64,000 bases of DNA from Parachlamydiales bacterium (GTDB taxonomy: Bacteria; Chlamydiota; Chlamydiia; Chlamydiales; SM23-39), in assembly GCA_015661075.1 (NCBI GenBank), contig JACVQJ010000001.1:15298-79297 (forward strand). Reading direction: 5' to 3'. Below, piece by piece: positions 1 to 8,509 of the stretch; position 1 is the first letter of the stretch, and each line of letters opens with the position of its first letter. Position numbers and translations under genes: made by a program. Below the pieces are notes generated by a model that ran no database searches, was not told the DNA's origin, and was given only the letters and a program-made list of their open reading frames with translations.

Positions 1-1
1 A

Positions 2-385
2 TGCACCGTTGACGATATTCAAAAAATCAGCGAAATCATCTCGAAGATGGGAGAAAAGAGTAAACTGTATCTGTTGGCGCATGAATCCTATTTGCGCAAA
101 ATCGGTGATGAAGTTCGCCATGTGCATCCACTGAAATTTCTCAGCGTGGCTCTGTCCAATCCCTATCTCAAATCATGCATGGTGAAATTTCGCGACGATT
201 ACTTCAAATGGCACAATTTCATTATCGATTTGCAAGACGCCCTCAATGCCCATTCCTCTCAGGGCAACGTATCCAAATATTTAAATGATTTCGCCAAGAC
301 GGTCGGCGTTGCTCCTGAAGCCATCCAAAAACATGTGGATAAGCGCGAATGGGTCGAGATGATCGACTACATTCTCACCCATTGA
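2..385 (+). CDS. hypothetical protein, 5' end outside the window
   Basis: Frame 2 is open from base 2 to the stop at 383-385. The listed ORF 47..385 is only its Met-initiated part. No motif recognised. Confidence 0.35.
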   Translation, partial: CTVDDIQKISEIISKMGEKSKLYLLAHESYLRKIGDEVRHVHPLKFLSVALSNPYLKSCMVKFRDDYFKWHNFIIDLQDALNAHSSQGNVSKYLNDFAKTVGVAPEAIQKHVDKREWVEMIDYILTH

Positions 386-441
386 TGCGATCGCCGTTTA
401 GAACCTGTTCAATATCTAAGGCTTCGTTGATTTTTGGGTCC

Positions 442-1773
442 TTACAGCTGCGATCTGCAAACGGCTTTCTTTGACAACGCTTTACGTCCATGCGGGACAA
501 ACGTATCGGGCGTGACGATTTTCGCATTCCAAAGGCGATGTAGATAGAGCGCGCTGCCCGCTTCCCAACCTGGAATTCCCTTAAGCAGCTGATCCATCGA
601 TAGTTCCTCAGATTGTCCCGCCGGCTTTTTCGCCTCAGAATGAATCCAGATTTCGCCGTTCATGACGCACATCAACTCCATCGACGTTTGACCGCCGGAG
701 CGCGTACAGGTCAAATCACTGCGGTGAAACACCTGCGCAACGGTTTCATCATCTTGAAATCCCAAAGGTACCACCGTCACATTGTCAGGAAAATCTTTCA
801 TCCTGAGAATAAGATCCGCAACGGCTCTGAGGAGCGAATCCTCTCCCATTTTGTGATAAGAGCAAAATACGATCATATGAATGGGCGTACGGATCGAATC
901 CGGTTCCATCGCTACTCGCAAGAGGCGGCGGACATAACCCAATGTAGCTTCATACGATGGCTGCGATCCGAGTGAAATCGTAATGAGCCTATCCTGCGGG
1001 GCAATGAAAAAACGGGCGCTATGTTCCCCCACCTCCGCGCGCATTGTCCCTCTTTGAAGCGTCTTGGTCAGCAGACGTTTCTCTTCGGGATTATCAAAGC
1101 GGGCCGTAAATGAAAATTCCATCTCGTCGCGCTGGCGGCCCTGAATTTTGCAAAAGGCCCGGCGTATCACATATTTCTGATATACAACATCCCGCTCGGA
1201 AATATTGCAATGGCGCCGCCAAAAATCTTCTGCACTCTGTCCCGGACTTAGCAATGGCGGGATAGAGACCATGCGGAGCAATTTTTTATTTTTCTTCGAC
1301 AAACTCTTGATCGGGCGGAAAAAATGGGTATTTTTATCTGTCGGCAAATCGACAATGATTTTCTCCAAAATCACGTTTTTTTTGCGCATGCGATTATAGA
1401 CGCGAAGAGCAAACAGAAACGCCGATGTGCCTTGGGGCTGAGTGTCGATCACATGATCGATGTCTTCTTTCAGCATCAGACGCAAAAAGCGGGAGAAATA
1501 TTGAAGCCAGAATAGCACATCGCCCACCGGCTGGCATTTTTGCAGACACTCCAGGAGAATGACATTTCCCTTGCGCTGCCCTAAATTCCAGGCACTCACG
1601 CCCAATTTGCCGATCAGCTTCAAATACCAGTCTTTCATGATATCGCGGTTGATTACGACGACATGAGGATCCTTGGCCCTTTCCTCTTGTTCTTTAGCAA
1701 CGGCAGCCTGAATGCAACCGCCGCCGCCCGATGAACTGATGATGAGTACTTTCCTCGGTTTTTCTGCCTTCAT
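442..1773 (-). CDS. GT-B fold glycosyltransferase, UgtP/MGDG-synthase/MurG-like
   Basis: N-terminal glycine-rich 'KVLIISSSGGGGCIQAA' plus C-terminal 'TRSGGQTSMELM' and 'IPGWEAGSALYL' follow the layout of UgtP/MGDG-synthase type enzymes. Start moved to Met16 (ATG 1773..1771), which makes an ATGA overlap with the stop of the upstream gene. Confidence 0.5.
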   Translation of the reverse strand: MKAEKPRKVLIISSSGGGGCIQAAVAKEQEERAKDPHVVVINRDIMKDWYLKLIGKLGVSAWNLGQRKGNVILLECLQKCQPVGDVLFWLQYFSRFLRLMLKEDIDHVIDTQPQGTSAFLFALRVYNRMRKKNVILEKIIVDLPTDKNTHFFRPIKSLSKKNKKLLRMVSIPPLLSPGQSAEDFWRRHCNISERDVVYQKYVIRRAFCKIQGRQRDEMEFSFTARFDNPEEKRLLTKTLQRGTMRAEVGEHSARFFIAPQDRLITISLGSQPSYEATLGYVRRLLRVAMEPDSIRTPIHMIVFCSYHKMGEDSLLRAVADLILRMKDFPDNVTVVPLGFQDDETVAQVFHRSDLTCTRSGGQTSMELMCVMNGEIWIHSEAKKPAGQSEELSMDQLLKGIPGWEAGSALYLHRLWNAKIVTPDTFVPHGRKALSKKAVCRSQL

Positions 1774-2147
1774 GCGCCGATAATCCCTCCCATTGCGAGA
1801 AACGTCAGCAGCTCGCATCCGGTATGAACCAAAAACCTCTTGAAAGTCATTTTACCCCAAATCACCGCAGAGATCTGCGTCGTAGCAATAAATCCGATCC
1901 AAACGACGAATCCAACGAACATGCCATCCGTCACGGTCGTAACGCCTAAAAAGACTTCAAAAAATCCTAGTACGTATGCCGTCAGGAAAGCGACAAGGAT
2001 TGTCCAAAGAATCGCAAGACGGCGAGGCGGTGCCGACGGGTCCGAACCGATCCCGAACAAATACCGCGAATACCAGAGAAATCCGATGATGATATTGACA
2101 ATGGCGGCGATCAAGATCGACAAGAGATCAATGTGGGGAGCTGGCAT
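1770..2147 (-). CDS. DUF1761-family small membrane protein
   Basis: 125 aa with four hydrophobic segments. The N-terminus 'LLSILIAAIVNIIIGFLWYSRYLFG' is typical of DUF1761. Confidence 0.55.
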   Translation of the reverse strand: MPAPHIDLLSILIAAIVNIIIGFLWYSRYLFGIGSDPSAPPRRLAILWTILVAFLTAYVLGFFEVFLGVTTVTDGMFVGFVVWIGFIATTQISAVIWGKMTFKRFLVHTGCELLTFLAMGGIIGA

Positions 2148-2192
2148 AAAAATCCTTACTGTAAAAGGTGACTTTACGATACATTTTTCCTC

Positions 2193-2324
2193 AACTCGAC
2201 TTTGTACATTTTTAGGACCGAAGGCCTCGATGGATTTGCCCTCTGAGGCGTTAATTTAATAAGGAAGGGGTTGACTATCCCCTTCCTTATGGCAGGCGGC
2301 CCTAAAAATGTACAAAGTCGAGTT
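2193..2324. repeat. 132-bp nested palindrome (24-bp perfect terminal inverted repeats plus inner 12-bp hairpin)
   Basis: aactcgactttgtacatttttagg (2193-2216) is the exact reverse complement of 2301-2324. The inner stem 2259-2270 pairs with 2279-2290 around an 8-nt loop. Lies between two minus-strand genes. Confidence 0.7.
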
Positions 2325-2331
2325 CAAATGA

Positions 2332-3441
2332 TTATCCTAATGGCAGTGTTAAAATAGGGCCACGAATATTTGCTTCGTTCGCATTCAGGTTATACAGCTG
2401 CAAAAGCAGTGCGAACGTCTTTTTTGAATGCATATCGCAATCGTCGATATAAAACCAGTAGTTGCGATACTGCACGGCGATAAACGCGTTTTTGGGGGCA
2501 AACCGATTCCATCTCACCGCGATGAGTCCGCGGAACACTTCTCCCCATTCTTCTTCTTCATGGTGATTGCTCTCCGATATCCGTACCATGCCGCGATCGA
2601 TATGTTCCTGTGGAACCTGAACGCCACGGCTCAAATAGGCCATACACGAGAAAATTGAGCGAGGCATCACGCCCATGTGGCCTCCATTCGAAAAGCCGAG
2701 CTCCACATTTTTCAGATAGCGGCCGTTAACTAATTGATCGCATTTGATCAGCTCTGCCAGGCGGCTCCCTTCCACTCCATCAACAGGAAATGCAATCTGA
2801 AGGGAGTGCTCATGCAAATCTTGATCTTTTTCTGTCTTCGGATTGATCTGAACGCCGAGCTGCAATTCTCCGCGCTTTTGAAAATGGCGCAGCAAGTGAG
2901 AAACTTCTGAAAAACGCTGATGGGCGGGCTGCGAAGCATCTTCAGAGTCGGGATCATTCCAGATCTCCTGAAAATTCTGAACCATCATCCAGAAGACCCG
3001 ATCGATATCCCAGCCCGAATAGCATAACAGCTGCAGCGTGCGAAGATCGATGGGCCTGAGCAGCCGTGTCGCAAAAGCTTGCCCTTCGAGAGGCGTATAA
3101 GTAATCGTCGGCTGATCCTGCCAGGAAATATCGCCGCCGAGTTTAAAAGGATTATCCTTGGAAAACCCCGGAATGGAAAAGACCGGCGCCAGTTCCGAGC
3201 GAACCGTCGACTGGGTCGTAATGCTGCTGACATCGAGGAATAAAGGGCTGTCCGCATAGCGCAGGCGCACCAGATTGAGGAGCATCTGCTGGGAATTGGT
3301 CATTTGAATGGCGTTATTATAGGACGTGCGGCCCCCTTCGCCCTCCATCGAAATGCGGCTGGGCATGGTGCAGCCGGCAAAACCAAATAAAAAAAATACT
3401 ACGAACTTAGAACAGATTTTTTGACAGCACATGTGCATCAT
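2332..3441 (-). CDS. hypothetical lipoprotein
   Basis: Signal peptide with lipobox-like 'LFGFAGC'. 369 aa, no catalytic motif recognised. Confidence 0.5.
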   Translation of the reverse strand: MMHMCCQKICSKFVVFFLFGFAGCTMPSRISMEGEGGRTSYNNAIQMTNSQQMLLNLVRLRYADSPLFLDVSSITTQSTVRSELAPVFSIPGFSKDNPFKLGGDISWQDQPTITYTPLEGQAFATRLLRPIDLRTLQLLCYSGWDIDRVFWMMVQNFQEIWNDPDSEDASQPAHQRFSEVSHLLRHFQKRGELQLGVQINPKTEKDQDLHEHSLQIAFPVDGVEGSRLAELIKCDQLVNGRYLKNVELGFSNGGHMGVMPRSIFSCMAYLSRGVQVPQEHIDRGMVRISESNHHEEEEWGEVFRGLIAVRWNRFAPKNAFIAVQYRNYWFYIDDCDMHSKKTFALLLQLYNLNANEANIRGPILTLPLG

Positions 3442-3568
3442 GGTCCGTATCGCCCCTTAAAACACACCATTTCATTTACAAATTATTTGGTCAAGCTACA
3501 TACTGTTAATTTGTTGTTTTCTTATCTTTACGATTCCTTTATAATATGACTACATCAGAGAAGAGCCT

Positions 3569-4483
3569 ATGACTATCGCTTTATTAGCACTGGGATCGAT
3601 TGAACTCGGTCGAGTATGGGGAAAAATACAGGACTTTGCCCTCGACCCTGTGAGGAACACGGGCTACTATTTTTTTCCATGCCTTGCATCGATCAGTTCA
3701 AAATTTACCCAGCTCGCATTGGATATACCAGTCAGACATCTGATGTCCGACGAAGTAAAAAAACAAATAATCACTAAAATCCAGGATTTGGGCAAATCAG
3801 CCCTTCTTCCACGTAAATTCAATATTTACACGTGTCTGAACCAGCCATCGATGAGTTATGGTGGATTTCTCTCCATCACCCGTCCCATAGTGGTAATACC
3901 TTACGAACTATTGATAAGCTATGGAAGGCCATTCTATGAGGAAGCAAGGGCGGGTGATAATTTACTTGATGACAATCATCGCTTTACCAACAAAGAAAGT
4001 CTATTTCTTATCGCTCATGAATTATGCCACTTAAAATCCAGTGACGCCGCATTCAAGACAGCAGCCAAGATACTGCTGATCGCTGCCGTTGCTTTCATGT
4101 TCGCCTCTCCATTTGGATGGGCAGTTAACGCTGCAATAATCACTGGTTCCTTTTTGATTTCTCTATGTGCCGATCGTCATTATGAGTCGACGATGGATTT
4201 TAGCTCTGTGTCTACCTTCAACGAGGCTAACGATGATATTCACCTGTCCTTTGAAGCCGCAATCAGCGCTCTCGATAAAATCAAAAACCAGAATCTTGCT
4301 AAACTAAAAGAAGGTAAGTTTTATCAACGAATATTTATCACGAAGAAAGGCAATGACCTGCTCGATCTCAAACATCCATTCATTACTAGCCGAATCGCAG
4401 CCTTAGCAGATCATCTTAAACATTTAAAAGAGGTTAGGTTAAAAGATGTCCGAAATACAGTGCCGATACCTGTTCAATCCTAA
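3569..4483 (+). CDS. membrane protein with M48/HtpX-like HExxH zinc-peptidase motif
   Basis: 'LIAHELCHLKSSD' (HExxH followed by K..D as in HtpX/M48), then two hydrophobic helices and 'ADRHYESTMD'. Confidence 0.45.
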   Translation: MTIALLALGSIELGRVWGKIQDFALDPVRNTGYYFFPCLASISSKFTQLALDIPVRHLMSDEVKKQIITKIQDLGKSALLPRKFNIYTCLNQPSMSYGGFLSITRPIVVIPYELLISYGRPFYEEARAGDNLLDDNHRFTNKESLFLIAHELCHLKSSDAAFKTAAKILLIAAVAFMFASPFGWAVNAAIITGSFLISLCADRHYESTMDFSSVSTFNEANDDIHLSFEAAISALDKIKNQNLAKLKEGKFYQRIFITKKGNDLLDLKHPFITSRIAALADHLKHLKEVRLKDVRNTVPIPVQS

Positions 4484-4503
4484 CTTTTGCAGAAATACTT
4501 CCA

Positions 4504-5061
4504 TCAGGACCGTACGTAAGCCTTGAGGATTTTGATTGGTTCAATCGGGCGGTCGCGCTCTGTCTTGACGTTTTCCATTTTTTGAACAATGTCATAGCCC
4601 TTGACGACTTCGCCAAAAATGGTGTGCTTCATGTTCAACCACGGAGTAGGCACTGTTGTGATAAAGAACTGACTGCCGTTCGTGTTCGGCCCGCGGTTGG
4701 CCATTGCCAACAATCCCGGCCGATCGAACTTCAGCGTTGCCACGCATTCATCGGCAAACGATTTGCCCCAAATCGACTCACCGCCGGCGCCCGTTCCGGT
4801 CGGATCGCCGCCCTGAATCATGAATTGTTTGATGATGCGATGAAAAATCTGTCCGTTGTAATAATTCTTTTGAATCAGGCCAACAAAATTTTCACACGTT
4901 TTCGGAGCCAAGTCCGAAAACAGCTTCACTTCGATGGCTCCGAGATTCGTTTCGATTACGACGATGGGTTGGATTTGCTTCACAGTCTGAGTCTCCTGTG
5001 CTGGTAGGTTAAGGAAAAGCCCGAGAAAAAGGGCCACGATTGGGTAAAACATGCGCTGCAT
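4504..5061 (-). CDS. cyclophilin-type peptidyl-prolyl cis-trans isomerase with signal peptide
   Basis: 'FHRIIKQFMIQGGDPTGTGAGGESIWG' and 'MANRGPNTNGSQFFIT' cyclophilin signatures, with an N-terminal hydrophobic leader. Confidence 0.9.
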   Translation of the reverse strand: MQRMFYPIVALFLGLFLNLPAQETQTVKQIQPIVVIETNLGAIEVKLFSDLAPKTCENFVGLIQKNYYNGQIFHRIIKQFMIQGGDPTGTGAGGESIWGKSFADECVATLKFDRPGLLAMANRGPNTNGSQFFITTVPTPWLNMKHTIFGEVVKGYDIVQKMENVKTERDRPIEPIKILKAYVRS

Positions 5062-5206
5062 TTTTCACTCCTTTACTAAACTTTTGGAGCATCAATTCTA
5101 CTTAAATAATGATTGAAAGCCAAGCCTTCTTCGAAAGAGCTATTCTGCCGAGCGGGAATGGAAAGTCTGGCAATCCTGGCTTCAAAAATGTTATACGTTT
5201 GAGAGT

Positions 5207-6199
5207 ATGCTTGAAGTCGCTCTACTCATCGTCTTTCTAGGATTATTATTCGATTACACAAATGGCTTTCACGATGCGGCCAATGTCGTTTCGACGGTCA
5301 TTGCGACAAGAGTGTTGGCCCCTTTTTCAGCGATCGTGATGGCGGGTATTCTTAACTGCATCGGCGCGACCCATGTCAGCGGGGTCGCTGAAACCATCGC
5401 CACCGGTCTCGTCGACTCGGCCCAGGCAACGCAAGTAGTGGTTCTTTGCGCCGTCATCGGCGCGATCATCTGGAACTTCATCACCTGGTATTTTGGCCTG
5501 CCTAGCAGCTCATCCTATGCTCTCATCGGCGGGCTTCTCGGCGCTGCCTGGATGCATCATGGAACCCAATCCATCCTTTGGAGCGGAGTAATCTTCAAAG
5601 TCATTATCCCGATGATAGTATCTCCAATACTCGGATTCGGAATCGGCTACCTATTGATGAAGGTACTCTATCACTACGTGGGGAAAAGGCCGGATCTCAA
5701 GGAAAAAAAGATCTTTTCGCACCTGCAAATCGGATCTGCCTGTATCATAGCCTTGGCTCACGGACTCAACGATGCCCAAAAAAGCATGGGAATCATTACA
5801 CTGGGATTATTCGTATCGGGATTTCTGACCACGACGCAGATTCCGATTTGGGTTGTTTTGGCCTGCGCTCTAACCATCGGCCTGGGAACCGCCTCGGGCG
5901 GGTTTCGCATCATCCGCACCATGGGCTTTCGCATTACCCGCATCGAACCGTTCCAGGGATTCGCCGCGGAGAGCTCCGCCTCGATCGTTATTTTAGCCGC
6001 CAGCTTCATGGGAATGCCGGTCAGCTCCACACACATGATTGCCGGAAGCATCACCGGAGTCGGATCCGCCCGCAGCATGGACTCCGTGCGCTGGAACGTC
6101 CCCCGCAAGATCGTCTTCGCCCTAATCCTGACCCTTCCCGGCGCCGGCATTGTCGGAGCGTCTGCCTACATTATCGCTCGCATTGCTGGCTTGCAGTAG
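5207..6199 (+). CDS. pitA: PiT-family inorganic phosphate transporter
   Basis: 'FDYTNGFHDAANVVSTVIATR' and the second-half 'GLNDAQKSMGII' PHO4/PiT signature repeats. Polytopic membrane protein. Confidence 0.9.
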   Translation: MLEVALLIVFLGLLFDYTNGFHDAANVVSTVIATRVLAPFSAIVMAGILNCIGATHVSGVAETIATGLVDSAQATQVVVLCAVIGAIIWNFITWYFGLPSSSSYALIGGLLGAAWMHHGTQSILWSGVIFKVIIPMIVSPILGFGIGYLLMKVLYHYVGKRPDLKEKKIFSHLQIGSACIIALAHGLNDAQKSMGIITLGLFVSGFLTTTQIPIWVVLACALTIGLGTASGGFRIIRTMGFRITRIEPFQGFAAESSASIVILAASFMGMPVSSTHMIAGSITGVGSARSMDSVRWNVPRKIVFALILTLPGAGIVGASAYIIARIAGLQ

Positions 6200-6220
6200 A
6201 ACTGTTCGCTCTGTAAATTA

Positions 6221-7111
6221 TTGAGAATGCTCCTACGATTGCGACAAATTCTGATTACACTGGCATTGGTTGTTGCCGCATTGGATTTATTTTTCAGCAA
6301 TTTTCACTATTCTCCCTTTTTCCCTTGTCCGCCCTTCGATCCCCGATACGAAATAACCCATCTTCCTCCGAAAGAAAAGCTGAACAATATTCTGTCTCAA
6401 AAATTTACCTATTTGGGAAGCGGCCATCAATGCTCCGCATACCTGAGCGAAGACGGGCAATATGTCCTAAAATTGGCGCAGCACCTTCATTTTCGCTGGC
6501 CATCGGTTGCAAAGAAGCTTCCTCTGCCCCGATTCCTCAATGAGCGCCGGCAAAAAATAATGGCCAAACAACAGAGACAGCTATCTGTTTTTTTTCTCAG
6601 CGCAAAGCGTGGATTTGAAAATCTGAAAGATGAATGCGGGTTGATCTATGTGCATTTGAATCCCTCGGACGATTTACATATCTCGTTGAGAGTCCGCGAT
6701 TATTTTTTTCGCCCTTTTACCATCGATCTGGACCGCCACGTTTTTATTGTTCAAAAAAAGATGCAGCCGATCACAAACGCGCTCGAAGAATACCAGCGCA
6801 ATCGAGACACAGATCAGATTCGCTCTCTGATCGGCCATCTAGTGCAAAATATAGCTAACACCATGCGAAAAGGATTGATCGATACCGACCGGAGCCACTT
6901 CAAAAACTATGGGGTTTTAGGCAATACCGTGGCCTGTTTTGACATCGGAAATATCATGGAAGATCCTAAATTACTAAACCCAGACTATTTTGCCGCCGCA
7001 CTACAGAAAAGTTTACAAAAAACAAGGCGCTGGATTGCAAAGGACTTTCCCGATGAACTAGTCTTTTTCGAGCAAATACTGAGTGAAGAAACTCTCAACT
7101 GCAACCAATAA
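6221..7111 (+). CDS. hypothetical membrane-anchored protein with protein-kinase-like motifs
   Basis: N-terminal TM segment. 'YLGSGHQCSAY..YVLKL' resembles a G-loop plus beta3 Lys. 'LIDTDRSHFKNYG' resembles a D..N catalytic loop and 'CFDIGN' a DFG-like site. Confidence 0.45.
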   Translation: MRMLLRLRQILITLALVVAALDLFFSNFHYSPFFPCPPFDPRYEITHLPPKEKLNNILSQKFTYLGSGHQCSAYLSEDGQYVLKLAQHLHFRWPSVAKKLPLPRFLNERRQKIMAKQQRQLSVFFLSAKRGFENLKDECGLIYVHLNPSDDLHISLRVRDYFFRPFTIDLDRHVFIVQKKMQPITNALEEYQRNRDTDQIRSLIGHLVQNIANTMRKGLIDTDRSHFKNYGVLGNTVACFDIGNIMEDPKLLNPDYFAAALQKSLQKTRRWIAKDFPDELVFFEQILSEETLNCNQ

Positions 7112-7195
7112 AAATTAATTAACACTTGAAATTTATTCCAAAAACACGCACAATAAAACAAGCCAATAATAAGACCTAACAATAAAAGATAAAAA

Positions 7196-8509
7196 ATGAT
7201 TAACAAATGTACTCAACCACATTGCAGTTCTAATGTCACGCAGACATACAAACCATACGCTGGCCCATCCACAGTTAACACACCAAGTTTTCTAAACATT
7301 TTTGGTATAGTAAAAGATTGTTTTGAATTAATAAGCGCATTAATAAAAGCAAAAAAAAACAACGACACAGAAGGGAAATTTGATGCAAATATCCGCCTTG
7401 CAGGGATACCTGTAAATGCTATTTCTACGACATCGTCCATAGTAAACAATGCTTATCAGTTTTCATTGCTTTTACATGCACATATATTTAGCAATTCTTT
7501 TAAAGTTTTCTCAAAAGTTTCAATTATTCCTGGTATTGTCCTTTGTTTTATAGAAGGGATTTTCGAATCGATCGGGGCCTGGCGTAATGGCTCTTTTCTG
7601 AAATCTCTGAATAGCCAAATTATTAAAGAAATTCCCAATCTGCTCTCTCTCTCTTCCACTAAAGAAAAAGAGAAAGTTCTTTTATCGTGGGCTGTAAAAT
7701 TTGAGAAACAGATGAATAGCTCGAAAAAAAAACCTGGAATAGAACTTACTGCAGTAACTCAAATTTTGCAACTCATTAGGAGTAATCTAAGCACATTTGA
7801 TAAAGGTTATTTCCGATCATTACTAGAAAAGATGACTGAAACAGAGAAAGGAGTTTTTTTTGACATTGTGCAAAGATTTTTGGATCAAATAAAACTACAG
7901 TTAGTCCAAACCGACATCTCCTCGCTTAAAAACAGCTATTTAAGCCTTTCATCTGAACGAAAACATCAGCTCAATATCTTTGTTACACAAAAATATCCAT
8001 ATCTTTCAACGAGAGAAGCTGCGGAGAAAATCAATGAACTCAAGGATCAGGCTCGTTGCGAACAACAAGCTAAATTGGATCGCCGGACGGATCTTGCAAA
8101 AGAGGTAACAAATAATCTCCCCGAGATCGAAGAAGATTTTCTCTCATTCGACAGCACCGTACGCCAAAGCGCTCTGACGCGAGCGGAAGCTCTATTAAAA
8201 GATGTAACAATTCAAGCCGAAAAAAAATTATATCACCATATCGTTGGTATTGTTGCGATCGCGATGAGTCTTATTGGCCTGATTTTCGCCCTAACAGTTT
8301 GTCCTCAAATCATTGCCTTACTGTTCATCACTCTCGGAGCATGCACCGGTTTGGCGCGGTATTTTATGGCGAAAGGCTTATTGGGTCATAAAGGTTGGGC
8401 AATGGATTACAAAAATTGTGTGCCCGGATGGATTGGCAAGCGAATCTTCAAACCATCGCCAGCAAATACAGATTTGTCATCGCATCGTGTTACTTCTAAG
8501 ATGGGCTGA
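7196..8509 (+). CDS. hypothetical membrane protein, Inc-like bilobed hydrophobic domain
   Basis: AT-rich gene. 'IVGIVAIAMSLIGLIFALTVCPQIIALLFITLGACTGLARYF' forms two TM helices joined by a 3-residue turn near the C-terminus. The central region is coiled-coil-like. Confidence 0.5.
   Translation: MINKCTQPHCSSNVTQTYKPYAGPSTVNTPSFLNIFGIVKDCFELISALIKAKKNNDTEGKFDANIRLAGIPVNAISTTSSIVNNAYQFSLLLHAHIFSNSFKVFSKVSIIPGIVLCFIEGIFESIGAWRNGSFLKSLNSQIIKEIPNLLSLSSTKEKEKVLLSWAVKFEKQMNSSKKKPGIELTAVTQILQLIRSNLSTFDKGYFRSLLEKMTETEKGVFFDIVQRFLDQIKLQLVQTDISSLKNSYLSLSSERKHQLNIFVTQKYPYLSTREAAEKINELKDQARCEQQAKLDRRTDLAKEVTNNLPEIEEDFLSFDSTVRQSALTRAEALLKDVTIQAEKKLYHHIVGIVAIAMSLIGLIFALTVCPQIIALLFITLGACTGLARYFMAKGLLGHKGWAMDYKNCVPGWIGKRIFKPSPANTDLSSHRVTSKMG

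Noticed and set aside
5578-6216. 212-aa ORF in another frame of pitA, and the 192-aa ORF 33421..33999 in another frame of pyk
   Set aside because: These are out-of-frame overlaps with genes carrying clear family signatures. The products are Arg/His/Pro-rich and low-complexity.
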